64,000 nucleotides of DNA from a virus. Its lineage: Duplodnaviria > Caudoviricetes. The DNA lies in the IMG/VR virus record IMGVR_UViG_3300033069_001536, positions 2,386-66,385 of that record. One strand, given 5' to 3'. A program made the translations under genes and the position numbers. The notes below the pieces were generated by a model. The model had not been told where the DNA came from and searched no databases. It saw nothing but the letters and a program-made list of their open reading frames with translations. This document shows, piece after piece, positions 8,171-16,548 of the stretch (position 1 is the first letter of the stretch; each line of letters starts with the position of its first letter).

Positions 8171-8428
8171 TTAGAATGGTAATTCTGACTTTGGTTCAAA
8201 ATAAGCCTCGACTGTTTTTAGTTCCTGAATATGATTAAACACATCGTTGAATTGACCTATTGATATTTCACAAGTTCTGTAAGTGCCATCATCGTTACGC
8301 ATTAAAAACTCTATAAATTGAACCTCGTGTCTGTGTGCAAACTTTTTGCCGTCATTTCTTCCATTCTCAATCTTTACGAAATTTGATTTTATGAAAGCGT
8401 TTGCTTTTTGATTGTAGTTTATTTCCAT
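8171..8428 (-). CDS. hypothetical protein
   Basis: 85-aa ORF ending in ELPF. Confidence 0.55.
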   Translation of the reverse strand: MEINYNQKANAFIKSNFVKIENGRNDGKKFAHRHEVQFIEFLMRNDDGTYRTCEISIGQFNDVFNHIQELKTVEAYFEPKSELPF

Positions 8429-8458
8429 CTTCTGTTCTGTTTAATTGATTAATTACGG

Positions 8459-8689
8459 TTAGAGTCTGTTACGGTGTCTTTCAATTTGAAGATCTACTTC
8501 TGAAGAGGCGATCTGGTACTTAGTAGTTTGGATGGATTGTCTTATTTTTTTCCTTATTTCCTTGTAATTTACTAGATTTTCGGTGATTGAATTGAGTTTT
8601 TCCTGTAACTCTTCTAACCTTTTTTCCCTGCGTTGTAGGGTTTTTTCGATACGCTGTACTTTAGTTAGTGAGAAATTGCGTTGTTTCAC
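8459..8689 (-). CDS. coiled-coil hypothetical protein
   Basis: 76 aa, heptad-rich. Confidence 0.55.
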   Translation of the reverse strand: MKQRNFSLTKVQRIEKTLQRREKRLEELQEKLNSITENLVNYKEIRKKIRQSIQTTKYQIASSEVDLQIERHRNRL

Positions 8690-9213
8690 AGGTCCTCCTT
8701 TTCCATTTGAGAAAGCTCTTGTTCTTTTTGGGAAAGGTAAGAAGGATTCCAGAATGCTATCGTTTCAATTTTGAGGTCTATTCGTTCACAGAGTCCTCCA
8801 TACCAATAAGCGATATCTTCATTACTCTCAATTAAGCATCCCAAGTGAATGTTAATTGCTTTGGAAGAAACTTTGATCAATTCTTTGATGATTGCGTGTT
8901 TGGAATCGAAGTCTCCTGAGAGTGCCTGTAATGCGTTTTTAAAGGCATATATCCGGTCGTAGAAATCATAGAGTTCTTGTAACTGCTTATTTATGCTGTA
9001 AACGAATTCTTTAGCTTGTGGGAGTGCTTTACCTGGGAACTGAGTATTGGTGTAATCCTTTAGATATCGGGTCTCTCCTGTGGCTGTATCTTTCACATAT
9101 ACCGTGATCAGATCATAGAGTGCTCCTGATTCTGTTACCGGTAGCAGAGCTTGCTTTCCATCTACTATGCCAAGGTCCTTGTATAGCGTAAAAATGAGTT
9201 TTAGTTTTTTCAT
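8686..9213 (-). CDS. hypothetical protein
   Basis: 175-aa ORF, ATGA-coupled. Confidence 0.6.
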   Translation of the reverse strand: MKKLKLIFTLYKDLGIVDGKQALLPVTESGALYDLITVYVKDTATGETRYLKDYTNTQFPGKALPQAKEFVYSINKQLQELYDFYDRIYAFKNALQALSGDFDSKHAIIKELIKVSSKAINIHLGCLIESNEDIAYWYGGLCERIDLKIETIAFWNPSYLSQKEQELSQMEKEDL

Positions 9214-9425
9214 GCGAAGTTTTCCTTTCCTAGTATTTGGGCTATTTCCTGTTTGTTGGAATCTTGCATGAGAAGTAGTTTTTTAGCGAGTTTCGTACAA
9301 TCTTCGTCAGCCTGATACCAGAAGTAGTCGGTAGTGAGTGATTCCCGGAGCCTGACTGCCGATCTTAGTTTTACAAGACCGGTGTAGTAATCATCGTTTC
9401 GGGTAATGTCGGTGGCGAAGGTCAT
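9210..9425 (-). CDS. hypothetical protein
   Basis: 71-aa ORF, ATGA-coupled. Confidence 0.55.
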   Translation of the reverse strand: MTFATDITRNDDYYTGLVKLRSAVRLRESLTTDYFWYQADEDCTKLAKKLLLMQDSNKQEIAQILGKENFA

Positions 9426-9826
9426 AGTGCTACCTCCTTAGACTTCTGAATTATTTCGAATGATTGCATGATTGCCGCAATGAGGCAAGAGTAGTAATCT
9501 CTGTGATCATCTTCGAATTCGATTTCCTCTTCTACAAGATCAGAAATGATGGTATATTCAAACTTTCCCGGCGTTTCGTATGATTCCAGTACAGTGATCT
9601 CAATTTTGTATTCAGTTCTCAGGAAGTCGAGGGCTTGTTGGTAGATGGGAGCATGGCAATTAGAATTTAAGTTGCTGTTATAGTCCATGGAAGTATTTTC
9701 CGGATTAAACATTACAATAACCGCTTCAGGTGGAACGTTGTTATACCATCCAAAGCATTGATTTTTAAACCCTAAATTCTTTAGGATTACTGCAATTTCA
9801 TAAGGAACAAATAAGTCTTTTAACAT
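9422..9826 (-). CDS. hypothetical protein of a recurring Bacteroidota-phage type
   Basis: FVPYEIAVILKNLGF..APIYQQALDFLR pattern. Confidence 0.6.
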   Translation of the reverse strand: MLKDLFVPYEIAVILKNLGFKNQCFGWYNNVPPEAVIVMFNPENTSMDYNSNLNSNCHAPIYQQALDFLRTEYKIEITVLESYETPGKFEYTIISDLVEEEIEFEDDHRDYYSCLIAAIMQSFEIIQKSKEVAL

Positions 9827-9888
9827 GGTGTTTGTGGTTTTTTACTGTTAGTGATTTAATGAGTTTCGTTTAACTGTAACCGGCAGAA

Positions 9889-10113
9889 CTACAGAGCTAA
9901 CTGTTGTAATTCATGATTCCAGAGGTGAGCTGTATTACCTGAGTCAAGTAATACCTGGCAGAGTGCTGTTTCATGAGTAGCCGGAACTACTTCCTGAACT
10001 TTTCCTTTCTGACCTATGATGGTCCGGTCTGCTGTGAGATCCTGAGAAGGTAGTACTTTTACTCTTGTTCCTTTACCGGGAATAATGGTTTCGTTTAAAT
10101 GGAGTTTTTTCAT
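9889..10113 (-). CDS. small SH3/KOW-like hypothetical protein
   Basis: GTRVKV..GQKGKV..CQVLLDSG beta-rich pattern. Confidence 0.5.
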   Translation of the reverse strand: MKKLHLNETIIPGKGTRVKVLPSQDLTADRTIIGQKGKVQEVVPATHETALCQVLLDSGNTAHLWNHELQQLAL

Positions 10114-10415
10114 GGGGTGGTGAGGTTAGTATTATTAACAAAAACTTCTTCGATTAGATTTTTTTCAGAAACGCCGGTTTGAAACTTGATAAGAGCATCA
10201 ATCGCTTCTTCCGGAGTGTTATGGTCTCTTGTCCAGTGTCCCGAAACATAAGCAGAGAATAGGGTTTTGCCAAATCCGTCCATTGAAACTTCTACTTTCC
10301 AATGGTTTCTCTCGTATTTTGTAGCAATATCTGCTACTGAATTAGCAAAATCACTAAGGGAGATGGTCTTTTTTCCGTAGGCAATTCTAAGTAAAAAGTT
10401 GAGTATCTTTTTCAT
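10110..10415 (-). CDS. hypothetical protein
   Basis: 101-aa ORF, ATGA-coupled. Confidence 0.55.
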   Translation of the reverse strand: MKKILNFLLRIAYGKKTISLSDFANSVADIATKYERNHWKVEVSMDGFGKTLFSAYVSGHWTRDHNTPEEAIDALIKFQTGVSEKNLIEEVFVNNTNLTTP

Positions 10416-10594
10416 TTCTTAAACTCCTCTCCATTAGGCAGGAATTCAATCTTAGAATGCCTCATTAGTTCGATAATGTAGTCTTCTGTTTCCAGTTCGA
10501 GTACGTGTTTTCGTTTAAATTCTGTGATTGCGAAGTTCTTGGCCTTGTGGCGAAGATCATCAATGGTGTGGAGCTTTATCCGGACGGTTCTCAT
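10412..10594 (-). CDS. hypothetical protein
   Basis: 60-aa ORF, ATGA-coupled. Confidence 0.55.
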   Translation of the reverse strand: MRTVRIKLHTIDDLRHKAKNFAITEFKRKHVLELETEDYIIELMRHSKIEFLPNGEEFKK

Positions 10595-10734
10595 TTGATA
10601 ATTTTTTTAAGTGTTACCGGATCAATAGTATAGCTGATACCGCTGGCTATTTTGGGGAGTGGGTTTCCGTGAATCTCTTTGGCCTTTCTTACGGCTGTGG
10701 CAAGATCGTGATTGGTGGTAAAGTTTGTGTTCAT
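10591..10734 (-). CDS. small hypothetical protein (47 aa)
   Basis: ATGA-coupled on both sides; not in ORF track. Confidence 0.5.
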   Translation of the reverse strand: MNTNFTTNHDLATAVRKAKEIHGNPLPKIASGISYTIDPVTLKKIIK

Positions 10735-10958
10735 GGTTGTTGGCTTATAATTTCGATTTCTTTTAGAATTAGCATGCGGTCGAGTTTGTTGTTGAGAATC
10801 CGTTCTTTTAACAATTTGGCAATTTCTAATCTTTCAGGGTTATAGAAGTTACGCAGATCGTCCAAAACTATTTCCATGACTTGACAATCTTTTTTTAATT
10901 GTTCAATTCGCTGCTCTCTTGATTCGATTTTGGTGTTTTTGATTTCTATTTCTTTCAC
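10731..10958 (-). CDS. coiled-coil hypothetical protein
   Basis: GTG start re-called just downstream of the TTAAACGAAAC motif. Confidence 0.5.
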   Translation of the reverse strand: MKEIEIKNTKIESREQRIEQLKKDCQVMEIVLDDLRNFYNPERLEIAKLLKERILNNKLDRMLILKEIEIISQQP

Positions 10959-10968
10959 GGTGTTTCGT

Positions 10969-11232
10969 TTAAAATAATGAGATTTGATTAGTGGGTGGCT
11001 GCAAAAGTGCTCCAATTCTTCTTTTAAAGCCCTTGAATGAAGCCGGAACCTTTTTCTCGGATCTTATCTCGTGTGCTGCTTGGCTTGCTCTTATCAGCTG
11101 CAAGCGGTGTTTTTCGGGCAGATCACCGGCTTCAATGCGTTCTTGTATCTCTTCCGGGTGTTCCAATGCCCAGGAAACGAGGCTAAGGTGCTTTCTTCGG
11201 GCTAATTCCCGGTAAGAATATTTTCTGTTCAT
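10969..11232 (-). CDS. hypothetical protein
   Basis: 87 aa ending QISLF (QL[S/D]LF-like sliding-clamp motif). Confidence 0.55.
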   Translation of the reverse strand: MNRKYSYRELARRKHLSLVSWALEHPEEIQERIEAGDLPEKHRLQLIRASQAAHEIRSEKKVPASFKGFKRRIGALLQPPTNQISLF

Positions 11233-11741
11233 AGCCCTGCGTTTCGTTTCAATTTCTCCAATTTGATTTCCAGTGCTGCAACATCTACTCTTTGCGCTGC
11301 TATCCGGTCATTCAGATAAGGTCTGAGGGTAGGTTTAATATCGGATATGGCGTCAATAAGAATTTCCAAGTGGTCCTCTGCCAGTTTCAACTTCTCCCGG
11401 ATTATGGGAATAGTTTGCTGTGCTACCTGCTTGCGTTTCTCTGTGCTGATCGGGTAGTCAATTTTCCGCAGGTCGTATGGCTGACCTCCCAGATCATAAT
11501 CAAAGGTATATCCGACTTGCTGAACTTTGGCTAAGATTCGTTCCATGTCGCGGTAATCGCCTCCATCCATCTCTCTTGCGTGCTTCTCAAGTATCTGTCT
11601 GACTTCGAAAGGGATTTGTTCCGGTGTTTCGAAAAGGTCTTTTGTAGGGGTTTCTGCTGTATTCATTGGGTGTACGGGTTTAGGTTGTGCAGGAAGTTTT
11701 GAAGCTCTGCTTTTTACTTCTTGGTAATTAGAGTTATTCAT
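11229..11741 (-). CDS. hypothetical protein
   Basis: start re-called at 11741; YTFDYDLGGQPYDLRKI segment. Confidence 0.55.
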   Translation of the reverse strand: MNNSNYQEVKSRASKLPAQPKPVHPMNTAETPTKDLFETPEQIPFEVRQILEKHAREMDGGDYRDMERILAKVQQVGYTFDYDLGGQPYDLRKIDYPISTEKRKQVAQQTIPIIREKLKLAEDHLEILIDAISDIKPTLRPYLNDRIAAQRVDVAALEIKLEKLKRNAGL

Positions 11742-11773
11742 TTGGTGTAAATTGTTTCGTTTAACTATTAGTA

Positions 11774-11953
11774 TTAAAATATCTCCCAAAGTATGTTAAC
11801 TCCATCTGATTCGACAATCTGCTGACCTTTGGTATAATCAACAATTTGTCTGGCTTGTTCTAAAGTGAACCAACTATCAAGGCCGGTGCCGGCATTTAAG
11901 AAAGTATGATCAGCGTTTCGTATCCGGTATTTGAAGGGATTGGATTTTTTCAT
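11774..11953 (-). CDS. small hypothetical protein (59 aa)
   Basis: ATGA-coupled to 11950..12450; not in ORF track. Confidence 0.5.
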   Translation of the reverse strand: MKKSNPFKYRIRNADHTFLNAGTGLDSWFTLEQARQIVDYTKGQQIVESDGVNILWEIF

Positions 11954-12450
11954 GCTTCGGTTTCGTTTACGGTAGTTAAGTCCTTTATCATTGGCAGCAC
12001 ATATTTATTCCAAGTCTCTTCAGGGAATTGCTTCCATGATCTGTAATGAACATTAAACGGTTCGCAGTCTGTTGACATCATGCCGGATCCGATTTCCTTA
12101 TAAAAGTTCTCCGTATTAGTAAAGGTCTTTGCCTTTATAATTAAATGAACATTGTTTTCTTGGGCTTTTTTGAGGAGTTTCTGTAAAAATGCCCTTGCTT
12201 GTTTTGCCTGTGCAAACCGTGTTTTGTGAATGTATTCGAAACTAAAATCATCTTTTATCCCTGAAAGTGTGGATGCACAATCAAGTCCAACATTAAAGGT
12301 ATTTCCGTTGGCGTTCTTTATTACTGCAACATTGGATATAAGTTTTCCGCAATTATTGCAGATGTCTCCACCATCTTCAAGGCTTTTATAAAATGATTCT
12401 ACTATTGAATAGGTAGTATCTATGGGCAAACTTCTTTGAATTACTTTCAT
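11950..12450 (-). CDS. Zn-binding hypothetical protein
   Basis: CNNCG..VGLDC motif; ATG re-called at 12450 downstream of the leader hairpin. Confidence 0.6.
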   Translation of the reverse strand: MKVIQRSLPIDTTYSIVESFYKSLEDGGDICNNCGKLISNVAVIKNANGNTFNVGLDCASTLSGIKDDFSFEYIHKTRFAQAKQARAFLQKLLKKAQENNVHLIIKAKTFTNTENFYKEIGSGMMSTDCEPFNVHYRSWKQFPEETWNKYVLPMIKDLTTVNETEA

Positions 12451-12470
12451 TTTGTCGTGGTCTGGTTTAA

Positions 12471-12487
12471 CGTTCTGCACCTGAACG
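12471..12487 (-). promoter_or_regulatory. conserved leader hairpin, copy 1
   Basis: minus strand CGTTC-AGGTGCA-GAACG, about 21 nt before ATG 12450. Confidence 0.7.
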
Positions 12488-12503
12488 GGTTTAAGGGTTT
12501 CGT

Positions 12504-13106
12504 TTAAAATAATGTAGGTTGAATTGAAATGCTTTGTGCTATTGGATTGTACTTTTCACCTGTTTTCAATGGAATGATCTGTAAAAAATCAAACATTTCT
12601 TTGAGGTTTTCAGCATCCTGGATATAGTTGTAGATTTTTGCTTCTGAAATATTGCCGGTGTATTTAATCGTTCTGGTTGTTTCTCTGAATACATAATATG
12701 GACCGTTGTCGGTTTGTTTTTTTAAGATGTACTTAACGGCGCTGCTCTTTAGATCCAATGAAGATAAAATGATTCTTCGGTATTCTTCTGAACGTCTGGC
12801 GGCCTGAATTGGGCAGTTATTGGAGTAGTCAGATAACCTCCATGAGATTTTTTTGTATTCCTCTGTATATTTTAATCGCTTTATGGCTGTGCTCCATTTA
12901 TTGGGTGTGCCTTCCTGAAACATTCCGTTTTCGTATTCTTTCAGAAGTTCAAAATTAAGCTCTGTTTCGCCTTTTTCCTGTAATATTTCGGTAAGGCTCT
13001 GGCAGTGCCATTCTTTGTATTCTCTTGGGCTTACGTTGTTACTTGCTGAGGTTAAAAAAACCTTGTTATCTCTAATACTAATTTTTTTGACGATCTCGTA
13101 TGACAT
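12504..13106 (-). CDS. hypothetical protein
   Basis: 200 aa ending QPTLF. Confidence 0.6.
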   Translation of the reverse strand: MSYEIVKKISIRDNKVFLTSASNNVSPREYKEWHCQSLTEILQEKGETELNFELLKEYENGMFQEGTPNKWSTAIKRLKYTEEYKKISWRLSDYSNNCPIQAARRSEEYRRIILSSLDLKSSAVKYILKKQTDNGPYYVFRETTRTIKYTGNISEAKIYNYIQDAENLKEMFDFLQIIPLKTGEKYNPIAQSISIQPTLF

Positions 13107-13127
13107 TTTGTGTGCGTCTGTTTTATG

Positions 13128-13142
13128 GTCCTGCGCCTGGAC
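13128..13142 (-). promoter_or_regulatory. conserved leader hairpin, copy 2
   Basis: minus strand GTCC-AGGCGCA-GGAC, 21 nt before ATG 13106. Confidence 0.7.
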
Positions 13143-13175
13143 GGTTTTAGATTGTTAGTATATTATTTTGAGGAT

Positions 13176-13202
13176 CCACAAACGCCACAAACGCCACAAA
13201 CA
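13176..13202. repeat. 3x 9-bp tandem repeat CCACAAAC(G/A)
   Basis: ccacaaacg ccacaaacg ccacaaaca, intergenic. Confidence 0.75.
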
Positions 13203-13372
13203 TGGGTTATTGTTGGTGTATCGCAATTACATTGCTTGCAATTTGAATAAGGCAGTTTTAATTTATTTGCAATTTTATAGACTGCTGCTGCTCCTCCTTT
13301 TTGGTAGGCGTTATAAAGTTTTTTATCAATTGCTGTCATTATTTTAGTTTTTTAGCTGGGTTTCGTTTAAAT

Positions 13373-13576
13373 TTATTGATTATCACTTATTAAAAGTGCT
13401 CCGATTGAATCGGGCGGAACTGTTCCGACAATTCTACTACCATCGTACACAGTAACACTATCAGAGTCAATAATCAACTGATACTCTGTTTCGCTTAACT
13501 TATTGCTACTGAGTAGAAAGGAGGAATAGAAGGAAATAAGGAATAAGACGATGGCGGTTTTTAGGAATTTCATCAT
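13373..13576 (-). CDS. small exported/membrane protein
   Basis: N-terminal signal-like hydrophobic segment. Confidence 0.55.
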   Translation of the reverse strand: MMKFLKTAIVLFLISFYSSFLLSSNKLSETEYQLIIDSDSVTVYDGSRIVGTVPPDSIGALLISDNQ

Positions 13577-15645
13577 ATTTGCTTGTTAAGTACTACAGTA
13601 ATAGTTTGAACACCAGTTGAACGAAAGGCAGAGAGGAAAGCGTCCGGATCATTCTTGTACATGTAGCCGTTAGATTCAACAAAGTTTCTGAAGTCCTGAA
13701 TCTTTGCCCGTTCTCCGTCTTTGTTTCCTGCCATTATTGCTACCAGTCTACCGCCTTCGTTTAAGAGACTGAATGCGTGCATAACATGGTCAATATCTTG
13801 TAAGTTTTCGAAAGGCGGATTCATAACAATACGATCGTATTTTCCTGAATGCTGTAGAAAGTCCTCGTTAACAGTATCAAAGCCTTTAATCTCCAGCACT
13901 TCTGCAAGTGAGTTGCATTGCTCAATTACTGTTAATTTATTCTCCGGGTGCGCTTCTCTGATCGACTGGGCTATGTGTCCCAATCCTGCGGAGGGTTCTA
14001 AAACTGTGTTTCCTTCTACTATTTCCGCTTCTTCAACTATTTTGCTGGCAAGGTCTTCAGGTGTTGGGAAAAATCCGTCTATTTTTTTACCTATAAAAGA
14101 TCTTTCGAGTTGTTTTAGTTTCGCTTCCTGTACTTGCTCCGGTGTTTTATCTGCTGTTAGTGAGATCATCTCACGAATAGCCGCCCGAAGTGCCGGAAGT
14201 GTATCTAAATCAAGTCTTTTTAATCTTTTGATCTCTGCCAGGCTGTTTTTATATCGCTCTGCACTCCATTTATCCCAAAGTACAGAGGTCTGACAAAATA
14301 CTGTTTCGTAGTCTTCTAACAAGCTCCATGAGTCAATAGTAAGAGTCTCTTTACTTCCCAATTTGCTTAAAATCCGATTGGAAGCTAATTTTTTGCCGTC
14401 TGTCTCCCTGCAAATGTGTAAATGTTTTAATACATTGCTTGCATAGATCACCGGATAAGGAATAGAAACGTAAATGGCGGTTTCTTCTGTTACTTCGTAG
14501 TTCTCCGATCTGATATTTTTCTCCCTCATGTGCTTGTATTTGGCTGCGCTTAATACATGTTTGAGGGTCTCCAGTTCTGTAATAGTTGACAATTTATTGA
14601 GGTGGTTAATTGTTCCGGCTTCGATTCCATTTGCAATATTTATGAGGGTTTTACCAAATGCAATTGAATTAGAGGCTTTTTGCTCTGCGCTTGCTGCCTG
14701 TGCTGCTCTTCTGTGTGTGTTGTCTTTGCGGTCCCGGTTTAACTCCTCTTGCCCGTCTTCAACTAATTTAGTGCCTTTTTCTCTTAAAATCTCGGCTCTG
14801 GTCTGTTCTTTGTGTTCAATGCGTGCTTCGACTTCCTCCTTATTACTGCCTCCGTCTATGAACTTTTCAGCACTTGATTTGTCAAGGAAAGTAAAACCGG
14901 CTATGGCTCCGCCTTTATTGTAACTGCTGTAATAGCCTCCAAATAACTTTGCACGCTGCGACAAACTTTTAAAAACATCTGATTCAACACGATTATTCAA
15001 TGAGCATACAAATAAATCGTGGCCTTTCTGGGTGTGTTTCGTTTCGTTTAATGTGAATTCTTCCCCTACCGATTGAACATTTTTGATCTGTTGTTGTTCT
15101 TTCTGGGCGTGGTGTGTGATCCCTGCAAGCTCATCATATCTTTTTAACTGTTCGGCTGTTAACTTTGCCTCACCAAAAATTCGAATAAAACTTTTGAATT
15201 CTTCTAAGGTCTCCGGATTGGTTAACATTTTCTTTCTGGCTGCAATCGCTGCTTTTTTCTCCTCTGCCCACTTTAAAAAATCCGCTTCTGTGACTGAATT
15301 CAAAACTCTTTGTTGTGCCTGATCTCCTGTTTCTGCTCCTTCTCCGTGTAAAAAATAGCCAACGGTTTTACCGACAAGGAAATAAGATTCTAGGCCGTCC
15401 AAAATATCGTCTATAAAATCCGCTTTTTTAGTAGAATACGTATAATTGAGCATCTTTTTAAGATCAACAACTTTTAACAGGTTTAACTCTGCTGTATAGG
15501 CTGCTTTGTTCTCTTTGAAGGTGTTAAAAAGTACATGATAATTGCAAAAATCGCCTTCGTGCATAGAAAATAAGGCCTTTTTGAAGTCTTGAAGATTCAA
15601 GTTTTTAAATTCTGTAGTTGATTGTAGGTTTAATTCTGCTTGCAT
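13573..15645 (-). CDS. N6-adenine DNA methyltransferase with long helical N-terminal region
   Basis: C-terminal FFPTP, VLEPSAGLGHI (motif I), IVMNPPF (motif IV), GGRLVAIM. Confidence 0.85.
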   Translation of the reverse strand: MQAELNLQSTTEFKNLNLQDFKKALFSMHEGDFCNYHVLFNTFKENKAAYTAELNLLKVVDLKKMLNYTYSTKKADFIDDILDGLESYFLVGKTVGYFLHGEGAETGDQAQQRVLNSVTEADFLKWAEEKKAAIAARKKMLTNPETLEEFKSFIRIFGEAKLTAEQLKRYDELAGITHHAQKEQQQIKNVQSVGEEFTLNETKHTQKGHDLFVCSLNNRVESDVFKSLSQRAKLFGGYYSSYNKGGAIAGFTFLDKSSAEKFIDGGSNKEEVEARIEHKEQTRAEILREKGTKLVEDGQEELNRDRKDNTHRRAAQAASAEQKASNSIAFGKTLINIANGIEAGTINHLNKLSTITELETLKHVLSAAKYKHMREKNIRSENYEVTEETAIYVSIPYPVIYASNVLKHLHICRETDGKKLASNRILSKLGSKETLTIDSWSLLEDYETVFCQTSVLWDKWSAERYKNSLAEIKRLKRLDLDTLPALRAAIREMISLTADKTPEQVQEAKLKQLERSFIGKKIDGFFPTPEDLASKIVEEAEIVEGNTVLEPSAGLGHIAQSIREAHPENKLTVIEQCNSLAEVLEIKGFDTVNEDFLQHSGKYDRIVMNPPFENLQDIDHVMHAFSLLNEGGRLVAIMAGNKDGERAKIQDFRNFVESNGYMYKNDPDAFLSAFRSTGVQTITVVLNKQI

Positions 15646-15667
15646 TTTTTATCCGCCTGGCTGTCAT

Positions 15668-15682
15668 CGGCTGCGGCTGCCG
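15668..15682 (-). promoter_or_regulatory. conserved leader hairpin, copy 3
   Basis: minus strand CGGC-AGCCGCA-GCCG, 22 nt before ATG 15645. Confidence 0.7.
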
Positions 15683-15701
15683 GGTTTTAAGTTGTTATAA
15701 A

Positions 15702-15941
15702 TTATGCGTTTTTTAATTGTCCTTTTCGGTATTCTTTCCCAGCGTGCTCAGGTAAAACAATTTGAAGTCCGGTAGTGCTGTCCATTATTGGCGCTAAGCA
15801 TGTGCCGTTATCAAAAATCATTTTGTAGGCTTGTCCCGGCTTTGATCCGTTCACTCCCATTGCAAAATATACCCCTTCCATATTTGGTTGTTCTTGCTTG
15901 CCTTTCTCGCTGTGCTCAAAATAGCATTTAGTGTTGTACAT
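15702..15941 (-). CDS. hypothetical protein
   Basis: 79-aa ORF in leftward run. Confidence 0.55.
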   Translation of the reverse strand: MYNTKCYFEHSEKGKQEQPNMEGVYFAMGVNGSKPGQAYKMIFDNGTCLAPIMDSTTGLQIVLPEHAGKEYRKGQLKNA

Positions 15942-15945
15942 GATT

Positions 15946-16143
15946 TTAGGCTTTATCGGTTAGAACTATTTTAAACTCTCTCCACCATGAGCCTATATTA
16001 TGCGGCTCTCCTTGATCGTTAACGGTTTGGCAGTCCATTAGTCCGGCTTCGGTCTTTACGTCCTTATTTACTTGATATTGACGGCCTTTAGTAAAACATT
16101 TACCTTTATTGTAAAGGTCTTTTTTTGCTTCTATTATTGTCAT
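15946..16143 (-). CDS. hypothetical protein
   Basis: 65-aa ORF preceded by leader hairpin. Confidence 0.6.
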   Translation of the reverse strand: MTIIEAKKDLYNKGKCFTKGRQYQVNKDVKTEAGLMDCQTVNDQGEPHNIGSWWREFKIVLTDKA

Positions 16144-16160
16144 TTGATCCCGTCTTTTTA

Positions 16161-16175
16161 CTTCTGCGGCTGAAG
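16161..16175 (-). promoter_or_regulatory. conserved leader hairpin, copy 4
   Basis: minus strand CTTC-AGCCGCA-GAAG, 17 nt before ATG 16143. Confidence 0.7.
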
Positions 16176-16203
16176 GGTTTTAGATTAAGTGAGTAGATAA
16201 AGA

Positions 16204-16506
16204 TTAGTTAATAGTTAATTGAAGTAAGCGCTTACATTGCTTGTCTTGTTCTTCCTTGCTGATTGAAACAGTTCTATTTATCCATGTTCCACCTTCCGGT
16301 ATGTGACAAGGCCAGCCAACAGTATTATTTATATGATTCCAAGCCAATGACATTGCCCAATCTTCTGTGATCTCCTGAACTCCAAGCCCGTAACGTCTGC
16401 AATATAGCTTACCGTCCGAACCTTTATAAACTTTGCAGTCATCCGCTTTGACATTTACCCAAGTGGTAAAAAGATAGTGTTGTGTAGGATTGATTGAAGT
16501 GTTCAT
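16204..16506 (-). CDS. hypothetical protein
   Basis: 100-aa ORF preceded by leader hairpin. Confidence 0.6.
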   Translation of the reverse strand: MNTSINPTQHYLFTTWVNVKADDCKVYKGSDGKLYCRRYGLGVQEITEDWAMSLAWNHINNTVGWPCHIPEGGTWINRTVSISKEEQDKQCKRLLQLTIN

Positions 16507-16525
16507 TGTTTGCGTGCCTGTTATA

Positions 16526-16540
16526 ACTCTGCGCCTGAGT
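16526..16540 (-). promoter_or_regulatory. conserved leader hairpin, copy 5
   Basis: minus strand ACTC-AGGCGCA-GAGT, 19 nt before ATG 16506. Confidence 0.7.
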
Positions 16541-16548
16541 GTTAAGTA

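Noticed and set aside
13721-15322. Plus-strand ORFs (190, 131, 79 aa) opposite the adenine MTase
   Set aside because: Antisense shadows of a well-supported gene, with Ser/Ala-rich non-protein-like composition
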